A program made the translations under genes and the position numbers. From Mantamonas sphyraenae STR306 (lineage: Eukaryota > Protista > CRuMs), in NCBI GenBank assembly GCA_026936335.1, contig JAPMXV010000062.1, positions 124,001 through 188,000 on the forward strand: a DNA stretch of 64,000 nucleotides, given 5' to 3'. Of the stretch, positions 11,137-22,682 are shown piece after piece. Positions within the stretch are counted from its first letter, which is position 1. Every line of letters starts with the position of its first letter. Under the pieces are notes generated by a model. The model saw nothing but the letters and a program-made list of their open reading frames with translations, searched no databases and was not told where the DNA came from.

Positions 11137-12485
11137 ATGAAAGTGGAATGGTCACGTACGAGGGAGTTTCGAGAGGCATTGGGATGGGTGCGTGGGGCAT
11201 TTCCCTATGCAATGGGCACAGTGGGGGCAATGGGAGTGTATGAATGGGTGCAACACAGGAGGAGGGCAAGAGTGGCAGAGGTGGAGGTTGTGACAAAGGG
11301 GGATGCATTGTCATCATCATCATCATCATCATCCACAGTGGGGTTGCGCATGCGATGGGAACGAGTGGAACAGGAGCAGGTGGGAAGGGGTCAGTGGGGA
11401 AGGGTGGCCGTGCCAACAACGAGTGTGATCAACAACAACAACAACATGGACGACAGTAGCAATAGGCGCCCCACCAGCACCAGCAAGGAGGTGTGGGTGC
11501 TGGGTGGCATGGAAACGGGGTTGGGAAGGGATGGAGTGGAGGTGTGGGAGGTGGTGGAGGAGGAGGAGGGTGTGTGGAGGCGGAAGGAGGGAGGAGGGAA
11601 GGGCAAGCAGAGGTTGCAAGGAGGTGAGGCACTCGTGGCAGGGAGGATGCAGAGCGCAGGGTGTGGTGACACACAACACACAGTGTTTCTGCATGGAGGG
11701 GCCATGGAGGGACGCATTGTGGATGGGTTGGTGCGTGTGGAGGTGGACAAGGGGAGGGTGGACGAGGTGCCTGTGGCCGGAGCTGGCCCTGGACCACGGT
11801 ATGGACACAGCATGGTGTGGACAGGCGCAGGGGCAGTGTTGTTTGGAGGGAGGACATCAGAGGACAGTCTGGTGTCCATGGAGAGGGACACATGGGTGCT
11901 GTGGCAAGGAGACAAGGAGGACGAGAGTCGGGAAGGCCCAGTGGATGGCGATGGACACAATTGACATGCAGAGGGGCTGTACCACAGGCATCCCAGGGCC
12001 ACTCAGCCACGTGGTTGCATACACGTGGACACATGGTGCTGGTGGGCGGGTTGGGCCAGGGTGGTGCCTATCTGGCAGATGTGCATGTGCTGGACGTGGC
12101 AAAGGGAATGTGGAGCCGTGTGGGAGGTGAAGGCAAGCCTCATCCCGTGGGGCGCTTTGGCCATGCTGCTGTGCTGCATCAGGGGCGATATCTGGTTGTG
12201 TTTGGAGGACGCACATTCGGCGGGTACGTCTCCATGGCCACGGTCGACGTGCTGGATACCGACAGTATGACGTGGCATCTGCGCCAGCCTGTGGCTGGGG
12301 TATCGCGTCGCAAGGAGATGATTGTCCCGCGCGGTCGTTCGCACATGGCTGTGGCTGCTGTCGACGACGGCAGGATCCTGGTCGCTGGTGGACAGACATC
12401 AGACAAGCATAGCGACGGCAGGGAAGTCCCGCGTAGCCTCGGTGATGTTTGGATGCTCGTGATCGAACCCGAGAGTGAAATGTAG
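11137..12485 (+). CDS. Kelch-repeat beta-propeller protein with a frame break near 11900-11941
   Basis: Kelch motifs in two frames: VWVLGG, VFLHGG, PGPRYGHSMV..VLFGG in the first; QGHSAT..VLVGG, PVGRFGHAA..VVFGG, PRGRSHMA..LVAGG..DVW in the second. Start uncertain. Confidence 0.75.
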
Positions 12486-12769
12486 TGTATGAATTTTGAT
12501 TCAACCAGGAATTTGATACGGGTGGTATTCTTTGAGATTTTCATGTGAATCAAAATTTACAAGATCGATGGACCACGACGGAACTCATCTTTGGCATCGT
12601 GGTCCGAACACTTCATGCAGATGACGAAAGTGCTCCCGAGCCGGTTCCAATATGAACTGCATGAATTGCACAGTGCCGTTGCGCTCTTTGTGAAGAGTCC
12701 TGGTCGTTTGCGGAGGGCACCAGTCCCCGGGCACGACCACAACAACACACAACAACACCGAGCTTTGCA

Positions 12770-13576
12770 ATGCCTACTTTGCAAATCAAAACAAGCGCAG
12801 GACCCAAGGTGGAGGTGGAAACGGAGCTGGACAGCACGGTGGAGCAGTTCAAGCAGATCGTGGAAGACGCCACCGAGATCCCGGCTGCCCAGCAGCGTCT
12901 GATCTACTCTGGCCGCATTCTGAAGGACGGCAACACGCTGGATTCGTACTGTAGGTTTGCCTCGAGAGCATGCGTCGGACAGGGAGTGAGCCGTCGGAGG
13001 AGCAAAGACGTTTTCCGGCGGGGCCGGAAAGCGGCCAAGAACACAAATGGACGGGAGTGCTTTGTGCGTGAACGGGACTGAGAGGAAGCGCAGGAGGGAG
13101 GGATAGGGTGGATGTGTTGAAAGAGTGGCGTGGGGTAGGAAGGGACGATTGGATGGGAACTTGGAGAGGGGCATGACAAAGGAGAAGGGGAGGCGGAGAA
13201 GCAGGAGGGCGGAAGTACAGCGCGTTTGCTTCGGTGAGAAAAACTAACACGGGCCACGGACGACGGGGATACATGGACGACACATACGGCAAACACACAG
13301 CGATCAAAGACGGAGTGACAATCCATCTGGTGAAGTCTGGGAAGAAGAGCAAGAAGACAACCAGCGGAAGCGGGACGCAAAGCGGGACAACGACGTCGAC
13401 GACAACGTCGGGCGGAATTGGCCAACAAAGCGGCCAGCAAAGTGGCCAGCAGGGCCAGCAGGGAGGGTTTGGAGGCGGATTTGGAGGTGGCGGAGGATTT
13501 GGAGGAGGGTTTGGAGGATTTGGAGGGTTTGGTGGAGGATATGGACAAGGAGGGGGCCAGGGAGGGCAAGGACAAG

Positions 13577-13612
<36 letters not shown>

Positions 13613-14637
13613 TCAACCCGTACGCAGGGATGTTTGGGGGAATGGGTGGAATGGGTGGAATGGGTGGGTTTGGTGGGATGAACATGCAACAGATGCAGCA
13701 ACAACTGCTGCAGAACCCAGAGATGATGGAGAGTATGCTGAACAACCCGATGATGGAGTCGCTGATGAACAACCCGGAGCTGCTTCGAAGCATGATGATG
13801 TCTGATCCGACGATCCAGCAGATGATCCAGGAAAACCCAGAGATGGGACATGTGCTGAATGACCCAGAGTTGATGCGACAGGCGCTGGAGGCAGCACGCA
13901 ACCCTCAGGTGATGGAGGAGATGCAACGACAGGCGGACATGGCGATGAACAACGTGAGCAACCACCCGGAAGGGTACAATGCCATGGCACGCATGTATGC
14001 CAGCATGAGCAACGCCATGGATGGCAACAACACCACGAATGGCGAGCAGGATGACAGCAACCATGGCGAGGGGGACGAAGCAAACGCAGAACCCGAGCAA
14101 ACACCCTCCACGGAGCCCATGAGCAACCCGTGGGCATCTGCCTTTGGAGGAGGAGGAGGAGGTGGTGGTGGTGGTAACACTCAGCAGAGTGGAGGCAACA
14201 CCCAGCAGAGCAACCCATGGGCAAGTGCTTTCGGAGGCGGAGGTTTCGGAGGTTTCGGAGGTGGAGGTGGAGGTGGTGGGGGACAGCAGCAGCAGCAACA
14301 GCAGCAACAGCAGCAGCAGAACCCATGGGGTAATGCGTTTGGAGGCATGGGAGGCATGGGTGGCATGGGTGGCATGGGCATGATGGGATTGTCACCGGAG
14401 ATGATGTCCTCGATGCTGCAGAACCCCAACATGCAGGCGATGATGAACGAGATGTTGCAGAACCCGGAGATGCTGCAAGCAGCGGTGAACAACAACCCAT
14501 TCCTGCAACAGATGGCCCAGAGCAACCCGATGATGGCCCAAATCATGAACGACCCGCAGATGCTGGCCAACTCGCTGAACATGGTGAATGCCATGGGTGG
14601 CGGAGGCTATGGTGGCTTTGGTGGTGGATTTGGTGGT

Positions 14638-14680
<43 letters not shown>

Positions 14681-15300
14681 CGTCGGAGGAGGAGCAGGAG
14701 AAGGCAAAGAAGGCCGAAGGGGACAAGAAGGCAAATGGCGAGGGTGAAGAGGGTGATGAGGAGACGACCACAAGCACCAGCAGTGGCCAGGAGGAGAATG
14801 GTGATGGTGACGAGGGTGATCAGGGTGACGGTGAAGGTGCCGAAGGCAAAACCTCGACCAACACCAATGGCAACACCAACGGCAACACCAACGGCAACAC
14901 CAATGGCAACACCAACGGCAACACCAACGGCAACACCAACACCTTCCAGCAGCAGCAGCAACCGAATCCGTTCATGTTTATGCCGTTCATGGGCTTTGGC
15001 AACCAGCAGCAGCAGCAGCAGGGCGGTGGTGGTGGTGGCATGGGCTACGGCGGCTATGGTGGCTTCGGTGGAGGCTACGGTGGCTATGGTGGCTTTGGAG
15101 GAGGTGGTTTCGGTGGTCAGGGACAGGGTCAACAGCAGCAACAACAGCAACCACAGGTGGACTATGAGACCCTGTATGCGGAGCAACTGAGTGAGCTCAA
15201 CAGCATGGGCTTTGACGACTACGAAGCCAACATCCGCAACCTGCGTGCAACAGGAGGCAACCTGCAGGCGACCATCAACCGACTGTTGGAAGGACTCTGA
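12770..15300 (+). CDS. DSK2: Ubiquilin/Dsk2 (UBL, STI1 repeats, UBA); intron 12951-13300
   Basis: UBL QQRLIYSGRILKD..TL.SY|.IKDGVTIHLVK; NP/M-rich STI1 repeats; UBA YAEQLSELNSMGF...NIRNLRATGGNLQATINRLL; branch-like ACTAAC at 13243. Confidence 0.93.
14860..14940 (+). repeat. 12-bp coding minisatellite (AACACCAAYGGC, about 6.7 copies) encoding NTNG repeats
   Basis: Directly visible tandem repeat inside ubiquilin. Confidence 0.9.
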
Positions 15301-15627
15301 GTTTGCCCCCCCCCCCACCCTCCCTCCCCATTCCCACTCATCTACTGCTCAGAGTGCACGTGCACGTGTGTGTGTGTGTTTGCGTGTGCGTGCCTCACGA
15401 GTGGTTTGCTGGGTGCAGAGAGACGTGAGTGTCCCGTGATTTTCCGGGACTGGTGGCGGGGTCGTCGCTCCCAGGCGCCCATGATTTTCTGGGCCCAAAC
15501 CTCTTTCACAGCGACCCCACAACCCACAACAAAACAAACCAAACAAACAAACGCCCCCCCTTTTCTACTTTCAACACACACGTGTGCGAGCGAGTGTTCA
15601 TTCTGCACCAAGTTGGCTCGAATTGGG

Positions 15628-16744
15628 TCAGGCTTTGGAGCCATTGCCTGTGCCACCGCGTGAGCCACTCTGGGTGGACATGTCGTCCTTGGTGGGATCT
15701 GTGCATGTGGTGAGAACAGTCCAATGCACTCGCGTGGGACCAAACACAAAGGTGAGGAAAAGGCCGACAAGGCTGACGGCAAACTCGGTGGTGGTCACGT
15801 GTGTGTCATCCACACTGGGATCAAACACAGTGGCAATGCGTCCCACGGATGAGATCACAATGATGATGCCGTAGACAACAAGGAAAAAGGCCAGCTTCAT
15901 CGCAGCCTGCTCCTTGCCCCGGTTCTTTGTGTTGGCACTCGGGTCTCGGCGGTGGGCCGTCAACACGGCAATCGTGTACGCGGACGAACCAACCACAATG
16001 ACTCCGTTGATCAGAAACAGCGCATACATCGATATCAGTCGCAACCACGTCGGTTTGCGAATCCAGCAGCTGTGAGCAGAAAACGGGAGAAGAAGAAGAG
16101 GGGCGAGTCAGCCACGAAACTTGGCGCAAACGGCAGGCGAGGCAGGGGGGTGGGGGGGGGGGGGGGGGGGGGTGAACCCCCAAGTGAGAGCATGGAAGCA
16201 AAACACAGGTGGGTGGAGGGGGGGGGAGGTGCAGGATTGTGTGTGCAGTGTGGTGTGTGTGTCTGTGTGTGTTGGGGAAGGAGACGAGGCAAGCGTACTA
16301 AAGGGCAAGGGGCCCAATCTCGGTGGCACCAAACATAATGAGTGATTCCACGAGTGGGACCACACAGCCAATGGCCAAGTAGATCCGAGCTGTCTGTTCA
16401 GAGGCAGGACGCATGCGCTGGTCGCGGACGAGACGGACAAGGTTGGCAGCAATGAGGGCACCCCAGGTGGAGGCGCCGGTGGCAAAGTAGTTGACACAAA
16501 AGGCTTGGAAGGTGCAAAAGGAAGGGTTTGCAGCCAGATTGGCCCTGTCAAAGTCGAAAAACACAGATAGGAGGAGGGTGAGGACAATGAGGACGGAGTT
16601 TAGGAGGATGCCCGTGACAAGGATGCCCGGGAACACACGCCCCTTGCGTGTGCACATGCTCAACACTGTGGTCAACCCGGTTATCACGAGACTGACCACA
16701 GCCAAGGCCACCACAGCCACAGCAGCAGGGCTGTCTAGGGCCAT
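15628..16744 (-). CDS. 7TM GPCR, cAMP-receptor-like (Dicty CAR/GCR1-type); exons 16744-16299, 16069-15628
   Basis: Seven hydrophobic segments; FCTFQAF...S..W...IA.N at TM3; splicing TA|C creates the YCWI extracellular-loop motif typical of this family. Confidence 0.8.
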
Positions 16745-16764
16745 GGGGGGGGGGGGGGGGGGGG
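16745..16764. repeat. Poly-G tract abutting the GPCR start codon (a second G tract lies at 16145-16172 in its intron)
   Basis: Direct observation; length unreliable. Confidence 0.85.
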
Positions 16765-16801
16765 TTGGGGTTTGCTCAGTTGGCGCACTCGTGTTCAGGC
16801 T

Positions 16802-18536
16802 GGGCCAAGCGGGACAACGAGATTGTGGCAGGGTTCAGACAGATGGTACAGAAGCGATTGGAGGAGGAGGGGTAGGGGAAAGGATAGTCAGAGAGAGAGA
16901 GAGATTGAAGTGCGCGGGGCCAGGCAATGGAAGAATGTCGTTTTGGGAATCGGTGGCACCAACGAGTGTGATCAACACTCAGAATCTGATGTTTGTGTTG
17001 CAGGCAGGAGCAAAGACATTCAACATCCTGGGTGAGGAGTATGCACAGGAACAGGGGATCATGCAGCATCGGCGAAGGGTGGTGGAGGCAGAAGGGAGAC
17101 GGGCGGTGGTGGAGGATGAGGCACACCGAGCCACAGATGCATTGAGTGCATTGGCAGACTTTGTGCTGACGGATGCAATGCGTGGACGATCGCATGAACA
17201 GCTGGTGGAGGAGATGGAGAAGGAGGTGCGTGCGTTGGAAGCAGAAGCAGCAAGCGGGAGGAGTGAGGACGGGGATGGGGCAAGGGCACGGGCAAGGGGA
17301 GGGGAGGAGGGAGGAGGAGGGCGAAAGAGGAGTCGATTGGGAATGGAAGAGACGGATGGGGAAGGGGTGGGGAGGGTGGTGGGCATGGAAGCACCATCGG
17401 AGAGGATGGGGAGAGGTGGTGGTGGGGGTGGTGGTGGGTATGGTGTGAAGGAAGATGATGAGGATGAGGATGAGGTGTTGGATGCAGGGGCCATGGAGGA
17501 TGAGGATGATGAAGAGTATGGGGTGCGACGACGCAAGGGAGGAGGGAGGGGGAAGAGGAGGAAGAAGCAGGGACGGGGACAGGGTGGGAATGGAGGGGGC
17601 AGCAGTGGAGGAGATGGATATGGGGAGGAGGAGGATGGGGAGGAGGAGGAAGGGTACAGTGGAGGGGCAAAGGGAGGACAGAGAGGAGGAAAGAAGAAGA
17701 AGACGACAAAGAGCGAGGGAGGAGGAGACGGGAAGCCGAAGAAGAAGCGAGTGTTTGGGACGCAGATGTGCTTTGTGTGTGAGATGGGTGGGAACATGGT
17801 GATCAAGTGTGGAGGACCATGCAAGCGGACGTTCCACGCCGAGTGTGTGGGAGAGACGATGAGCAGTGTGTTGGGAGAGGGTGGGACGGGGGTGTTCAAG
17901 TGTGGAGACTGTGTGGCAGGGGTGGCGTTGTGTACGACGTGTGGGCTGGAGGGCAAGCTGAAGGTGGATGTGTTCAAGTGTCGGGTGGGAGTGTGTGGAC
18001 AGTTCTTCCACCGGGAGTGTGTGCGTGAGGATCTGCACATGCGATGGCTGGACACGATGGACAAGGGCGGGGAGCATGGGACGGGAGGAGGGGATGGAAG
18101 AGGGGAAGCAGGAGGGGATGGGAGGAAGGGCAAGAAGGGAGGGAAACGACCGTTCTATTGCGGACGGCACTTTTGCCACCAATGTGGAGAGACGGGACAC
18201 TCGCGACACTGCATCCGATGCATCCGGTGCCAGGCGACGTTCCACTCGCCTCCGTGTGTGACGGAGAGTGAGGTGGAGCGGTTGTCGTACAAGGCGTTTG
18301 TGTGTGTGTCGCACGGAAAGGAGGCACGGGTGGCACGGATGGTGGTGCAGGAGAAGGATGAACGGGGACACGGGGTGGGCGAGAAGAAGCTGTTGAGAGT
18401 GGACAAGAGCAAGCTGGCGCCGCAGAATGTGCATGTGGTGGCACGGGAACCCATCCATCGGCTGGCACGCGTTGCGTGGGTGGATTGGGAGCGAGAGGTG
18501 CAGGAGTGTGAAGGGAGGGAGATGAGCGGGAGGTGA
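16802..18536 (+). repeat. Left arm of a 1.73-kb inverted duplication (partner 22809-24540)
   Basis: Reverse complement of 22809-24540; by eye 7 substitutions in the CDS plus a GA-tract difference upstream. Confidence 0.97.
16935..18536 (+). CDS. NSD/EDM2-type triple PHD-finger chromatin protein, copy 1 (533 aa, no SET domain)
   Basis: CFVC..GG...C.GPCKRTFHAEC...FKCGDC..G...CTTC...VFKC....CGQFFHRECV...FYCGRHFCHQC...CIRC...FH...C...FVCVSH matches the NSD PHD1-3 Cys/His spacing. Confidence 0.8.
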   Translation: MSFWESVAPTSVINTQNLMFVLQAGAKTFNILGEEYAQEQGIMQHRRRVVEAEGRRAVVEDEAHRATDALSALADFVLTDAMRGRSHEQLVEEMEKEVRALEAEAASGRSEDGDGARARARGGEEGGGGRKRSRLGMEETDGEGVGRVVGMEAPSERMGRGGGGGGGGYGVKEDDEDEDEVLDAGAMEDEDDEEYGVRRRKGGGRGKRRKKQGRGQGGNGGGSSGGDGYGEEEDGEEEEGYSGGAKGGQRGGKKKKTTKSEGGGDGKPKKKRVFGTQMCFVCEMGGNMVIKCGGPCKRTFHAECVGETMSSVLGEGGTGVFKCGDCVAGVALCTTCGLEGKLKVDVFKCRVGVCGQFFHRECVREDLHMRWLDTMDKGGEHGTGGGDGRGEAGGDGRKGKKGGKRPFYCGRHFCHQCGETGHSRHCIRCIRCQATFHSPPCVTESEVERLSYKAFVCVSHGKEARVARMVVQEKDERGHGVGEKKLLRVDKSKLAPQNVHVVAREPIHRLARVAWVDWEREVQECEGREMSGR

Positions 18537-18641
18537 ATGACAATGCAAGATCGAGGTGGAAAGCATCGGTTTGTTTTGTCAGCTCCCTGCGTTTGCAGAA
18601 AACTGGCCTGACTCAACACGCAACAAAGGACAAGAGTTCGA

Positions 18642-21125
18642 TTAGTCGACCTCCTCCATCTTGCTCTCGTCGTCGTCGTCGGCCTGGGCCGAGTCCTCGA
18701 GAGGCGGCATGTCGTCGTCGTCGTCGAGCTCCTCAATGCCGGTGTCGCCACCGGAGCTGGCACCGCCACCCTTCTTGAGGCCGAGCTGCACCATGTTGTG
18801 GATGCGCGAGGCAAAGGTGGACGTGTCCTCGAGGGAGAAGCCCGACTGGAGCATGGCGACGTCAAACAGCAGCTGGGTCAGGTTCTTGACGTGCTTGCTG
18901 TTGGGGTTCTCGTCGGCAATCTGACGCAGGTTGATCATGATCGGGTGCTTGGGGTTGATCTCCATGGTCTTCTTGGAGCTCATGTAGGAGCTCATGGACG
19001 AGTCGCGCAGGGCCTGGGCCTTCATGATGCGCTCCATGTTGGCGGTCCAGCCAAACTGGCCGGTGACCAGCACGCAAGGCGAATCGACGATGCGGTTGGA
19101 CAGCACCACCTTCTCGACCTTGTCGCCCAGGATGTCCTTGATGACCTTGATCAGGTTCTCGTTGGCAGCCTTCTCCTCCTCGGCAGCCTTCTTCTCGTCG
19201 TCGGTCTGGTCCAGCTCCAGGCCCTCCTTGGTGGCAGACACCAGCTTCTTGCCGTCGTACTCCTTGAGCTGCTGCACGGCGTACTCATCGATGGGCTCGA
19301 CGAGGAAGAGCACCTCGTAGCCCTTCTGCTTCAGGGTCTCGAGGAAGGGCGACTTCTCCACGGCGCTCTTGCTCTCGCCAGTGATGTAGTAGATGCTCTT
19401 CTGGCTCTCGGGCATGTTGTCCACGTACTCGCGCAGGGACACCATCTCGTCACCGCTCTTGGTGCTGTGGTAGCGCAGCAGGTCGGCCAGGCGGTCGCGG
19501 TTGGCGCTGTCCTCATGGATACCCAGCTTGAGGTTCTTGCTGAACGCCTCGTAGAACTTCTCGTAGTTCTCCTTGTCGTCGGCCAGAGACTCAAACATGT
19601 CCAGGGACTTCTTGATGAGGTTCTTGCGGATGACCTTGAGGATGCGGTTGGTCTGCAGCATCTCACGCGAAATGTTGAGGGGCAGATCCTCCGAGTCGAC
19701 AATACCCTTGACAAAGGACAGGTACTCGGGCATGAGCTCCTCGCAGTTGTCCATGATGAACACGCGGCGCACGTACAGCTTGATGTTGTTGCGCTTCTTC
19801 TGGGGCTCAAACATGTCGAACGGGGCGCGCTTGGGCACGTAGAGCACGGCGCGGAACTCCAGGGAGCCCTCGACGGCAAAGTGCTTGACGCTGAGGTGGT
19901 CGTCCCAGTCGTTGCTCAGGGCCTTGTAGAAGGCGCTGTACTCCTCGTCGGTGACCTCCTCGGGCTTGCGCATCCAGATGGGCTTGTGCTTGTTCAGCAG
20001 CTCGAGCTCGGTGACGGTCTTCTTGACCTTCTTCGTCTTCTTGTCCTCCTCGTCCTCGACATCCTCGACGTCGCCCTCCTTGGCATCGTCGTCGGCGTCG
20101 TCGTCGTCGACCTCCTCTTCCTCCTCCTTGGTGACGTAGAGGCTGATGGGGTAGGCGATGAACTCGGAGTGCTTCTTGACGAGTTCGCGCACGCGCTTCT
20201 CCTCCTCGTACTCCTGCTGGTCCTCCTTCAGGAACAGTTCAATCTTGGTACCGCGCTTGACCTCGGGGTCGTTGCTGGGGTTGATGGTGAACGTACCGCC
20301 GGCGGCAGACTCCCACACCCACTGGTCGTCGTCGACGTGCTTGGTGGTCACACGCACCTTGTCGGCCACCAGGTAGGCGGAGTAGAAACCCACACCAAAC
20401 TGTCCGATCATGGACAGGTCGGCGCCCTGCTGCACAGCCTCCATGAAGGCCTTGGTGCCGGAGCGTGCGATGGTACCCAGGTTCTTGATCAGGTCGTTCT
20501 TGGTCATGCCAATACCCGTATCCGTCACAGTCAGGACGTGGTTCTCCGTGTCGTTCTTCAGCGTGATCTTCAGCTCCGGCTCATCCTCGAGCACCGACTT
20601 GTCGGTCAGCGACTCGTAGCGGATCTTGTCCAGGGCGTCCGACGAGTTGGAAATCAACTCGCGCAAAAAGATCTCCTTGTTGCTGTAGAACGTGTTGATG
20701 ATCAGGCTCATCAGCTGGTTGATCTCAGCCTGAAAATGGTAGACTGTAGTGTGTGGCCGCAGGCGGAAGCGGAGGGGTGTCAGCGTCAACCTCGTGCTGT
20801 TTGCTGTGGTTTTGTGCCAGGGCGGAAAGTGGCTCATAAAATTTCCGTCCGCATGCGGAAATGGGCTACGGCGGAAACGAGCCTCCAGCGACGCAGAGAG
20901 CAATTGTGCCACACGAAACATGTGCCATTGCATTGCGTGCGTATGGATTCACTCGTTCCCGTGCCGAGCGCGAGTTCACTTTCACGTGTACGTCGCGAGG
21001 AGCGTCGCACACGCTGGAACGGCCTGCGAAAAATAATCAGGACGCCCACGTTGCACACGGAAAGCACTCGTGAGGGCTTGGTGTGTGTCTCGTCACGTAC
21101 CAGTGCCGTCGTTAGTCTCAGACAT
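18642..21125 (-). CDS. HSP90: Cytosolic Hsp90; 25-nt first exon 21125-21101, exon 2 20743-18642
   Basis: [41 protein letters not shown]-terminal MEEVD; strong C/G-ending codon bias. Confidence 0.99.
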
Positions 21126-21225
21126 GGTTGTTGTTGGTTTTGGTGAAGCGTTGGTTGAAGAAAAAAGTGATTCCCTGGCAACGTCAGCGCATCGCAGGAT
21201 CGGCCGCTTTTGAACGCTGCCAGAC

Positions 21226-21243
21226 GGAAATTCTGGAGGTTTC
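21226..21243. promoter_or_regulatory. Possible heat-shock element about 100 nt upstream of HSP90
   Basis: GGAaaTTCtgGAGgtTTC: four units in 5-bp phase, two perfect and two with one mismatch to nGAAn/nTTCn. Confidence 0.35.
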
Positions 21244-21394
21244 GCCGTGCGGAAAAACTTTCCGACAGGGCCAGAGCGAGGTGTGGACCAAACGAAGAGG
21301 CGGATTGGACGAAACTCTGTGCAAATGTTCATTGTCTTGTGTGCGTGGCTCCGGTGCAGCCACGCAGACGGCAGAATAAAGGCAGAAAAAAGAT

Positions 21395-22682
21395 TTAGCC
21401 AAAGAGGTCGAAGCCCATGCCCGAGGCAGACGAGTCGCTGTCGCTTCCGCTTCCATCGTCGTCGTTGCCACCGGCGGCGGCGCCGGCATCGTCACCACCA
21501 GCGGCAGCCGGGGCAGCAAAGGCGGACGGGTCGGCGAGGTAGTCCTCAATGTCCTTGACGGCAGGCACAAACTCGCCCATGTTGGCCTCGAGACCGATGG
21601 AGAGGATGTTCTTCCAGCCATCGATGAGGAGGTGGGGCACGGCGGACAGGGCCGGGTAGCCCGTGGCCAGCGAGATGCAGGTGACGTTGGCAACGGCCTC
21701 CAGCACGTTGGCGGCAATGTCCGCGTCGGTGAGGTTGAGCACGTCGGTGGAGTACACCAGGCCGTCGTCGTACACAGCGGTGAGCAACACACCATAGAAG
21801 AATGGGTTGATGTTCAGCTTGGACAGCAGGGTGGCCTGCGACGAGTTGACCTTGTCGCCAGCCTGGATCAGGTGCACCTCCTTCACGATTTCAATGGCAC
21901 CACGGTTAATCTTGGTCGAGATGTTCAGCGCCTGGAAGAACGAAGTCGACGACGGGTCCAGACCCGTGGATCCGGGCGGCACAAACACGTCGATGGGTGC
22001 AATCGCACCGGGCTTGGCGGCGGCAGGCACCTTGTTCTCCACAATGATGTCCGCAACAGCCTTCATGTTGTTCTCGTAGCAGAACACAAAGCCGCAGTTC
22101 TTCTTCACCAGGTTCAGCAGCTTCTCCTGTGTTCCGTGTCACAAGTGCACCTGTGTCAGCGCGTGCGTGGCGGCGCCCCTGAGCCGTGCATGCGCACGTT
22201 TGGCCCCCCTCTCTCTCTCTCTTCCCGCTGCCACAGAAAAACTCACCAGCTCGGTACGGCCCTCAGCGATCTTCTCGCGGAGCACACGTCGCATGCGCGT
22301 CTGTGGGTGTCGTGTCGCAAGCGCATAGGGTCCATGCGTGGGTGTGCAACCGTGTGAGTGGCGTTGTGTGACGGCAGAACAAAAACGCATGCGCAAATGC
22401 CCCAGCTGGCAAATTTTCTGTGAAGTCACCCGCTTTCCCGCAGGGCTGCTACCCGCTGCGGTGGACTGGACAGGCCACACAGAGATTGGACACGCTGCAA
22501 CCTACGTTCTTGCCCATCACAATGGTGGCGGTGCCACGCAGAGCCATGCGGATCTGCTGCATCTGCTTGGAGCCGACGTTGTCCACGGAGATAACAATCA
22601 CGCGCGACGTCTTGTCCAGCTCAGAGCTCAGCAGAGCCATGTACTCGTCCTTCTTCTCCTTAGTGAAAACCTTGGTAGCCAT
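21395..22682 (-). CDS. RPLP0: 60S acidic ribosomal protein P0 (uL10); exons 22682-22506, 22300-22247, 22126-21395
   Basis: DNVGSKQMQQIRMALRG...MGKN|TRMRR, APIDVFVPPGSTGLDPSSTSFFQAL, C-terminal MGFDLFG. Confidence 0.97.

Noticed and set aside
11418-11435. 18-nt match CAACGAGTGTGATCAACA between the Kelch gene and the PHD gene start (about 16960)
   Set aside because: No flanking homology; both genes share a purine-rich composition, so likely chance.
16491-16934. N-terminal extension of PHD copy 1 in the ORF track
   Set aside because: Starts at TTG, overlaps the GPCR antisense and crosses the duplication junction.
18798-21146. 782-aa antisense ORF over HSP90, and similar long antisense ORFs over actinin, importin, MCM6 and the receptor
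   Set aside because: Shadow frames expected from strong GC3 codon bias; no recognisable motifs.
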